A stretch of DNA of 64,000 nt. Origin: an uncultured Anaerolineae bacterium (GTDB taxonomy: Bacteria > Chloroflexota > Anaerolineae > JACIWP01). The DNA lies in the NCBI GenBank assembly GCA_938049385.1, contig CALIBQ010000044.1, forward strand, positions 1,680-65,679. The letters are read 5' to 3'. The number at the start of each line of letters is the position of its first letter. The first letter of the stretch is position 1. Below, in pieces: positions 57,458 through 64,000 of the stretch. The notes beneath the pieces were generated by a model. The model was given only the letters and a program-made list of their open reading frames with translations, did not search any database and was not told the origin of the DNA. Both the position numbers and the translations under genes were made by a program.

Positions 57458-58870
57458 TTAATACGCCTGCCGATCGGTGAAGATTTTCAGCACCGTGCGG
57501 ATAAGGATTTTGATGTCCAGCATGAGCGACCAGTTCTCGATGTACCAGAGGTCGTACTTGGTGCGCTCGGCGATGGAGGTATCGCCGCGCAGGCCGTTGA
57601 CCTGCGCCCAGCCGGTGATGCCGGCCTTCTCCCGGTGGCGGTCCATGTAGCGCGGGATGCTTCGGCGGAACTGCTCGACGTAGATAGGGCGCTCTGGGCG
57701 CGGCCCCACCAGGCTCATGTCCCCCAACAGGACGTTGATGAGCTGGGGGAGTTCATCAATGGAGAGCCGGCGAATGATGGCTCCCAGGCGGGTGCGGCGC
57801 GGGTCATTCTCCCTGGTCCAGCCGGGGCCGTCCTTCTCCGCGTCTTGGCGCATGGAGCGGTATTTGATCATCCAGAACGGACGGGCATCGAGGCCCATGC
57901 GCTCCTGATAGTAGAAGACCGGTCCCGGCGAGTCCAGCTTGATAAGCAGGGCGGTCAACAGCATCATGGGGGATAGGAAGATCAACCCCAATGCGCTGAC
58001 GACGATATCCATAGCGCGCTTCACGGCCAGGCGCCAGCCGCGCATGGCGGGGTCGCGGATGGTCAGCAGAGGCAGGCCGTCCAATGCGCCGATGGAAAGC
58101 TCGGCGGCGATAATTTGGAAGACGTCCGGGAAAACGCGAATGCTGACCTTGCCGGCGTCGCACAGGGAGAGGATGTCGAGGATCTCGCGCCGGCTGGCCT
58201 CCGGCATGGCCACAATGACCTCATCCACCCCCTGCTCGGTGATGATGCGGGGGATGTCCTCGATGCGTCCCAGCACCGGCGCGCCGAGGATGGCCTTAGG
58301 GGCGTTCTCCTCATGGGTCACGTAGCCGACCACCCGGTAGCCCAGAGCCGGCGAATGGATGATTTTCTGCTGGATCATGCGGCCGACCTCGGTGGTGCCG
58401 ATGAGCAGTACCCGGGCCACGCCGATGCCGCGAGCGCGCAGGGCGCGCACCAACTGCTGGTGGATGAGCCGGCCCAGCGAGATGAGCAGGCCGGCGAGCA
58501 CCCAGTCATACACCACCATCAGCCGCGGCGCATCAACCTGGTCTTTGTAAAGCAGGGTGGTCAGCGCTACCGTCACCAGCACGCCAACGGTGACCGCCGA
58601 CCAGACCGCCGATATCTCGTCCAGCCGGGAGCGGGCGCGCGGACGCTGGTACAGACGGAACATCAGGAAGACGGCCAGCATGACCACTACCTGCAGGGCA
58701 AGCATACCGCCGTAATCGGACAGCGGAGCGACGTTCTGGTGTTCCGTGAGCAGGCGCAGTCGGTAGGCCAGAAGGAAGGCCACCACATTCATGACTACGT
58801 CCAGCAGGAGCATGGTCATGGTGAAGATAATTTCGGCGCGTGTGGCTCTGGCTCGCGAGGGTGTATCCAT
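57458..58870 (-). CDS. Undecaprenyl-phosphate glucose phosphotransferase (WcaJ-like)
   Basis: KRAMD, QERMGLD, KYRSM, DPRRT, DELPQL.NVL.GDMSLVGPRPERP, GITGWAQVNGLRGDTS. Confidence 0.93.
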   Translation of the reverse strand: MDTPSRARATRAEIIFTMTMLLLDVVMNVVAFLLAYRLRLLTEHQNVAPLSDYGGMLALQVVVMLAVFLMFRLYQRPRARSRLDEISAVWSAVTVGVLVTVALTTLLYKDQVDAPRLMVVYDWVLAGLLISLGRLIHQQLVRALRARGIGVARVLLIGTTEVGRMIQQKIIHSPALGYRVVGYVTHEENAPKAILGAPVLGRIEDIPRIITEQGVDEVIVAMPEASRREILDILSLCDAGKVSIRVFPDVFQIIAAELSIGALDGLPLLTIRDPAMRGWRLAVKRAMDIVVSALGLIFLSPMMLLTALLIKLDSPGPVFYYQERMGLDARPFWMIKYRSMRQDAEKDGPGWTRENDPRRTRLGAIIRRLSIDELPQLINVLLGDMSLVGPRPERPIYVEQFRRSIPRYMDRHREKAGITGWAQVNGLRGDTSIAERTKYDLWYIENWSLMLDIKILIRTVLKIFTDRQAY

Positions 58871-59778
58871 CAGCTCACCTCCGCTGGGGTACCCCGGCGC
58901 AGCTGGCGGGTCAGCCAGAAGCGGCCTACGTTCAGGGCGCCGGCCAGATAGATGCCGGCGATGATCAAGGCAGAGAGCCAGAACGGCGTGTCTTGGGCAT
59001 AATGCTTGCGGAAGAAGAGGTACATGGCGCGGTAAAATTCGACCTGGGCCTTCAGGCTGTGCCGGCTGGAGGCACGTTTATAGTGAAGGACGCTGACGTC
59101 AGCGTTGTAATAGATTTTCCAGCCGGCCTGCTTCATGCGGAAGGCCCAATCCAGGTCCTCGCCGTACATGAAGAAGTCTTCGTCCAGCAGGCCCACCTGC
59201 TGGAGCGCCTCGCGCCGCACCATCATAAAGGCCCCGACCACGGAATCCACTTCGGTGGTAAGGTTGGGGTCCAGGCAGGTGAGGTTGTAGCGGCCGAAGC
59301 GCGGACTGCGCGGGAACAGCCGCGAGAGGCCGGTCAGGCGGTAGAAGGAGATGGCCGGCGTGGGGAAACTGCGCCGGCAGGCCAGGTCCAAGCTTCCATC
59401 AGCGAGCAGAAGGCGGGGGCCGGCAGCGCCGGCGTCCGGGTGCGCGTCCATAAAGGCCAGCATCTCCGCCAGCGCTGAGGGCGGCAGAACCGTGTCCGGG
59501 TTCAGCAGAAGGTAATAGCGTGCCTCGGCCTGGCGCAGGCCCAGATTGTTAGCGTAGGCGTAGCCGCCGTTGTACGGGCTTTCGATAAGGGTGACCTGCG
59601 GGAACTCGCGACGCACCATCTCGGCACTGCCGTCCGTGGAGCAGTTGTCCACCACGCATACGTCGAACGAGAACTGCCCCCGGCTCTCGTAAATGGAGGC
59701 CAGACAGTAGCGCAGTAGGTCGCGCGTGTTGTAATTCACGATAACGATATACAGGTCCAGCAGTCGCTCTTGTTCCAT
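58870..59778 (-). CDS. Glycosyltransferase family 2 (WbbL-like)
   Basis: [41 protein letters not shown]; ATG 59778 sits just after a promoter. Confidence 0.9.
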   Translation of the reverse strand: MEQERLLDLYIVIVNYNTRDLLRYCLASIYESRGQFSFDVCVVDNCSTDGSAEMVRREFPQVTLIESPYNGGYAYANNLGLRQAEARYYLLLNPDTVLPPSALAEMLAFMDAHPDAGAAGPRLLLADGSLDLACRRSFPTPAISFYRLTGLSRLFPRSPRFGRYNLTCLDPNLTTEVDSVVGAFMMVRREALQQVGLLDEDFFMYGEDLDWAFRMKQAGWKIYYNADVSVLHYKRASSRHSLKAQVEFYRAMYLFFRKHYAQDTPFWLSALIIAGIYLAGALNVGRFWLTRQLRRGTPAEVS

Positions 59779-59785
59779 ATGAGAC

Positions 59786-59814
59786 ATTGTACATACCGGG
59801 GCGCTCCGGGTCAA
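59786..59814 (-). promoter_or_regulatory. Promoter giving a probably leaderless GT2 mRNA
   Basis: TTGACC-17 bp-TACAAT, then 7 nt to ATG. Confidence 0.6.
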
Positions 59815-59936
59815 TTTTCCCTTTACGGCTTGCAGGGCAGATGCGCGCTTATACCTTGCTTGCCCTATGGGCGGCGGCCCCTGAAGCATACCAGATTATC
59901 CTGGCTTTGCAAAGCCTCGCTGGCGCAAGTACTCGA

Positions 59937-60074
59937 GAGGGTGTGGAAAAGGTCAAGATTGTCTTTCGATTTGCGGGTGTTGCTCATCGCTTGGCAGTTG
60001 AAACTGCGGCTGTGCCTGCGAAGCCTGCCTGCGCACGCTTCGCATTTGTTGCCATGGCTTCAGCCGCCAGGCCG
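59937..60074 (+). repeat. Dispersed palindromic repeat, copy B
   Basis: GAGGGTGTGGAAA.GGTCAAGATTGTCTTTCGATTTGCGGGT...GCTTCAGCCGCCAGGCCG shared with 6447-6596. Confidence 0.85.
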
Positions 60075-60103
60075 TTGACGGCCGGCCCGCGCTGTGATAG
60101 AAT
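60075..60103 (+). promoter_or_regulatory. Promoter of the two-component/nfo unit
   Basis: TTGACG-17 bp-TAGAAT with extended TG. Confidence 0.65.
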
Positions 60104-60130
60104 AGCCGCGCGCAAGAACATGGAGAACAG

Positions 60131-60832
60131 GTGTGGATGATGAAGGCGGAAAGCAGTGGCCGGCGCATCCTGCTGATAGAGGACGAGCGCAAGATCGCGG
60201 ATTTCATCCGCCGCGGGCTGACCCTGGAAGGGTATCAGGTGCAGGTCGCCTATGACGGTGAGAGCGGCCTGGACGCGGCGGTGGAGCAGAAACCAGACCT
60301 CATTATCCTCGATATCATGCTGCCGGCGATAGACGGGATCGAAGTATGTAAGGCTCTGCGAGACGCCGGCCTTGATATGCCGATCCTGATGCTGACCGCG
60401 CGCGATGCGGTGCGTGACCGAGTGGCCGGCCTTGACGCCGGCGCTGATGATTACCTCGTCAAGCCCTTCGCCTTTGATGAACTGCTAGCGCGCATCCGGG
60501 CGCTCCTGCGCCGACGGGCGGCGGCGGAAGAGGAAATCCTGCAGTTTGCTGACCTGACCCTGCATCCTGCTACGCGCGAGGTGACGCGCGGCGGCCGGCG
60601 CATTGAACTCACTGCCCGAGAATTCGACGTCCTGGAGACCTTCATGCGCCACCCCCGCCAGGTGCTGACCCGTGAGCAGTTGTACGAGCGCATCTGGGGC
60701 TACGATTTCAGCGGCGAATCCAACATCATCGAGGTATACATCCGCTACCTGCGAGCCAAGCTGGAGGCCAACGGGGAACCTCGTCTGATCCATACCGTGC
60801 GCGGGGTTGGTTACGTCCTGAGGGAGGCGTGA
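60131..60832 (+). CDS. OmpR/PhoB family response regulator (MprA-like)
   Basis: [41 protein letters not shown]. Confidence 0.95.
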   Translation: MWMMKAESSGRRILLIEDERKIADFIRRGLTLEGYQVQVAYDGESGLDAAVEQKPDLIILDIMLPAIDGIEVCKALRDAGLDMPILMLTARDAVRDRVAGLDAGADDYLVKPFAFDELLARIRALLRRRAAAEEEILQFADLTLHPATREVTRGGRRIELTAREFDVLETFMRHPRQVLTREQLYERIWGYDFSGESNIIEVYIRYLRAKLEANGEPRLIHTVRGVGYVLREA

Positions 60833-62301
60833 ATGCGCCGGCCGGGAGGAAAGGGATGTCCATCCGCACCCGCCTGACCCTTTGGTACACCGGTATCCTG
60901 GCGGCCATTCTTCTCCTGTTCAGCCTGGCGCTCTATTCCCTCCTCAGCCAGGTGCTGTACGAGCAGGTGGATGATACGATCCGCTCGCGCGCCGGCGAGA
61001 TCAGCAGTTATATCCAAACGCAGACGGACCCCTTGCGTCTACTCATCACCCGGCAGGTGCAGATCCCGCCGGTGGATGTGTTCTCCACCTCCAACACCTT
61101 TGTGCAGATTCTGGACCGGCAGGGGAATATCGTGGCGCGGTCGGCCAACCTGGGGGATAACTTCCTGCCCATCCGGCGCGAGAGCTTTGACCAGAACCTG
61201 GCCGGCAGTGCCGTGCTGTATACGCTCACCACCGCGCAGGCCCGGCTCCGGATATACAGCGCGCCGCTGATCATCTTGGACCCGCTGGAAGGGGAGACCA
61301 TCATCGGCGTGGTGCAGGTCGGTATGTCCCTGCACGATGTGGATGCGACCCTGCTGACGGCGCGCTATGCGATCGGTTTGGGGGTGGCTTTCACGCTCCT
61401 GCTGGCCGCCGGCGTGGGCGCTTTCATGTCGCACGCGGCACTGCGTCCCATTGACCAGATCACGCAGACCGCCCTGCAGATTTCCCGTGCTGAGGACTTG
61501 TCCCGGCGTCTGCCGGCCGTGCGCACGCAGGATGAGCTGGCCCACTTGACCGACACCTTCAACGAGATGCTCGGCCGGCTGGAGGAGCTGTTCCAACAGC
61601 AACAGCGGTTGGTGGCGGATGTGTCGCATGAACTGCGCACCCCGCTCACGACCCTGCGGGGGAATCTGGACCTGCTCCGCCGTGGGATGGAACGGCTTTC
61701 CCCCGAGGACATTCAGGATATCCTGCAGACGATGGAAGGGGAAATCACCCGCATGTCTCGGCTGGTGGCAGATTTGCTCCTGCTCTCGCAGGCGGATGCC
61801 GGCGTGCAAATAAAGCAAGAAATTGTAGAGCTGGACGCTGTTCTGCTGGATGTCTACCGCCAGGCACTGCTGATGGCTGACGGCGTGCGGGTGGAGCTGG
61901 GGCATGAGGACCGGGCGCTGGTGCTGGGTGACCGCGATCGCCTGCATCAGTTACTGCTGAACCTGGTGGATAATGCCATCAAATATACGCCGGCCGGCGG
62001 CACAGTGCGCCTCTCGCTGTACCGCCGCGAGGATTGGGTGCAGGTGAGTGTGGCCGACACAGGGGTGGGCATCGCCAAAGAGGACCTGCCGCATATCTTC
62101 GAGCGCTTCTACCGTTCCGACCGCGCACGATCCCGTCAGACTGGCGGCACGGGGCTGGGCTTATCCATTGCCAAGTGGATCGCTGAAGCGCACGGCGGCC
62201 ATCTGACGGTGGAAAGTGAGCTGGGGGTGGGGAGCACCTTCACTCTTTGGCTGAAGCCGTATCAACCGCGCGCCGGCGCGGCGGAGAACCGCGCCGCATG
62301 A
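60829..62301 (+). CDS. HAMP-domain sensor histidine kinase
   Basis: Two TMs, [37 protein letters not shown]. Confidence 0.95.
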   Translation: MNAPAGRKGMSIRTRLTLWYTGILAAILLLFSLALYSLLSQVLYEQVDDTIRSRAGEISSYIQTQTDPLRLLITRQVQIPPVDVFSTSNTFVQILDRQGNIVARSANLGDNFLPIRRESFDQNLAGSAVLYTLTTAQARLRIYSAPLIILDPLEGETIIGVVQVGMSLHDVDATLLTARYAIGLGVAFTLLLAAGVGAFMSHAALRPIDQITQTALQISRAEDLSRRLPAVRTQDELAHLTDTFNEMLGRLEELFQQQQRLVADVSHELRTPLTTLRGNLDLLRRGMERLSPEDIQDILQTMEGEITRMSRLVADLLLLSQADAGVQIKQEIVELDAVLLDVYRQALLMADGVRVELGHEDRALVLGDRDRLHQLLLNLVDNAIKYTPAGGTVRLSLYRREDWVQVSVADTGVGIAKEDLPHIFERFYRSDRARSRQTGGTGLGLSIAKWIAEAHGGHLTVESELGVGSTFTLWLKPYQPRAGAAENRAA

Positions 62302-63155
62302 CACGTCTGCGTCCGCGCCTGGGAGCACACATGTCCATCGCCGGCGGAGTGGATAAAGCCATCGAACGAGGCGCCCGCATCGGCTGTGAGACGGTCCAGA
62401 TTTTCACCAAGAACACCAATCAATGGCGGGCAAAACCGCTGGATGCCGGCGAGATTCAGCGCTTTCAAGAGTTTCAGCGCGCGCACAGCATTTTCCCCGT
62501 TGTCGGGCATGCCGCCTACCTGATTAACCTCGCTTCCCCTGATGATAGGTTATGGGAACGCTCTCTGGAAGCCTTTGTGATCGAGCTTCAGCGGGCGGAA
62601 CAGCTTGGACTGCCGGGCCTGGTGATTCATCCTGGCGCGCACATGGGCGCCGGCGAGGAGGCCGGCCTGGCGCGGGTTGCCGAGGCGATCAACCGGGCGC
62701 TTCTGCAGGTGCCTGGGAAAGTCGAGATATGGCTGGAGACCACGGCCGGCCAGGGGACGGTGCTGGGTGGTTCCTTCGGCCAGCTGCGCGCCATCCTGGA
62801 ACGGGTGCATCAGCCGGAGCGCATCGGCTTTTGTCTCGATACTGCCCATGTGGCCGCGGCCGGCCGGGATATCCGCACGCGCGCCGGCTATGAAGCTGTG
62901 TGGGCAGAATGGGATGCCCTGTTGGGCATTGACCGGGTGCGCATGTTTCATCTGAACGACCTGGCGCGACCGGTGGGTTCGCGCGTGGATCGCCATGCCC
63001 ATATCGGGCAGGGCGTGCTTGGGCTGGAGCCCTTCCGTATGTTGCTGAACGATCCCCGCTTTGTCGCTCGCCCGATGGTGCTGGAGACCCCCAAAGGCAA
63101 AGACCTGAAAGAGGATGTGGAGAACCTGCGCGTCCTGCGCAGTCTGTTCGAGTGA
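62298..63155 (+). CDS. nfo: Endonuclease IV
   Basis: LGAHMSIAGG, QIF.KN..QW, HA.YLINL, HPG, ETTAGQG, DTAH, HLND, DRHAHIG.G, LETP. Confidence 0.95.
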   Translation: MTRLRPRLGAHMSIAGGVDKAIERGARIGCETVQIFTKNTNQWRAKPLDAGEIQRFQEFQRAHSIFPVVGHAAYLINLASPDDRLWERSLEAFVIELQRAEQLGLPGLVIHPGAHMGAGEEAGLARVAEAINRALLQVPGKVEIWLETTAGQGTVLGGSFGQLRAILERVHQPERIGFCLDTAHVAAAGRDIRTRAGYEAVWAEWDALLGIDRVRMFHLNDLARPVGSRVDRHAHIGQGVLGLEPFRMLLNDPRFVARPMVLETPKGKDLKEDVENLRVLRSLFE

Positions 63156-63220
63156 TGCATTCGTAAAAATGCGGCGGCCCCTGGGCATTTCTGCCGCAGG
63201 GGCCGAGGAGTAGGCCCTGA

Positions 63221-63466
63221 TCAGATGACAGGCTCGACGCGCTGAACCTCTGGGATCTTTTCCTTCAGGATGCGCTGAATGCCGAATGCCAGCGTCATCT
63301 GGGACATGGGACAGCCGGCGCAAGCGCCCTGCAGGCGCACCAGCACCACTCCGTCCTTGACATCTACCAGCTCGACATCGCCGCCGTCTCTCTGCAGTGC
63401 CGGCCGGACCGCTTCCAGGACCTGCTGGACCTTCTCTTTCATCTGGGTATCCTTCTCGTCAACCAC
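63221..63466 (-). CDS. NifU/NfuA-like Fe-S carrier protein
   Basis: VRPALQRDGGDVELV, L.GACAGCPMS.MTL; AGGAGG SD. Confidence 0.92.
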   Translation of the reverse strand: MVDEKDTQMKEKVQQVLEAVRPALQRDGGDVELVDVKDGVVLVRLQGACAGCPMSQMTLAFGIQRILKEKIPEVQRVEPVI

Positions 63467-63525
63467 CTTGTTCCTCCTTACTGGGATTCAAATCCACAAC
63501 CCGAAACTCGGGCTATGATCACTAT

Positions 63526-64000
63526 TTATGCTACGCCGCCGCGGGGCAGTGCCCCCGACTGCGGGAATACCACCCGGTACCGGCAGATACGGGGAGAAGC
63601 CCCCCTCTGTTCATCATGGCTTTCCGCTGGTATTACCTGCACCAAGCCGCCGGTGAGCCGCTGTAACAGCTTCATATCTACAAGGCACAGTTCCGGATGT
63701 CGGCCGGCCAGCCAGCGGTACGGGCAGTTCTTCATGCGGAATTCGATCACACTGCCGGCATATTCCCAAACGGCCTGATAACCCATATTATTCAAAAACA
63801 TGGTAATTTGGTCAAGTTTTGCCTCGGTCGAAATCCCCTCCACATTAGGGAAAGAGCTTGCCCATGCGTCTGCCACGCCCTCAAGGAATGTGTTCAGCTC
63901 CGCCGGCGGCATCAGCCGCTTCAACTGCACTAGCAGGACATGCGCCAGGCGGGTGACGTTGGAAGGGAACATTTCAGCGCCCGCCGACGTCAAAATGTAG
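63526..64000 (-). CDS. SufR-like metalloregulator, C-terminal part (5' end beyond the window)
   Basis: Frame open to the edge: YILT.AG.E.FP wing motif, NCPY..LA..HPELC..D, C.Y; upstream of nifU. Confidence 0.7.
   Translation of the reverse strand, partial: YILTSAGAEMFPSNVTRLAHVLLVQLKRLMPPAELNTFLEGVADAWASSFPNVEGISTEAKLDQITMFLNNMGYQAVWEYAGSVIEFRMKNCPYRWLAGRHPELCLVDMKLLQRLTGGLVQVIPAESHDEQRGASPRICRYRVVFPQSGALPRGGVA

Noticed and set aside
3188-58951. Long antisense or alternate-frame ORFs (e.g. 3188-4726, 9969-11924, 27380-28933, 32470-34332, 34576-36081)
   Set aside because: They overlap well-supported genes and have no recognisable motifs; expected shadow ORFs in high-GC DNA.

Overview
GC-rich bacterial chromosome segment whose gene content and protein style suggest Chloroflexota, probably Anaerolineae (inference). 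It holds about 50 protein genes. Housekeeping genes: pyrG 3' end, murE, argS, polA, fabF, fabH, glgP, coaD, nfo, nifU-like. Signalling genes: a GAF-PAS adenylate cyclase, REC-Roadblock, REC-GAF kinase, REC-HTH and an OmpR-type two-component pair. A ~13 kb surface-glycan locus ends in a repeat-built secreted protein. No rRNA, tRNA, CRISPR array or transposase was seen. Most notable: (1) a ProRS paralogue whose aminoacylation motifs are all destroyed while its editing (INS) and anticodon-binding domains are intact, with its own promoter and terminator; (2) a GntR-linked cluster of metallophosphoesterase, APC permease, Pol-beta-fold nucleotidyltransferase and GbsB-like dehydrogenase of unknown substrate; (3) strong over-representation of the palindrome GCCGGC; (4) several REP/MITE-like repeat families. 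All calls come from motif recognition by eye; no searches were run.
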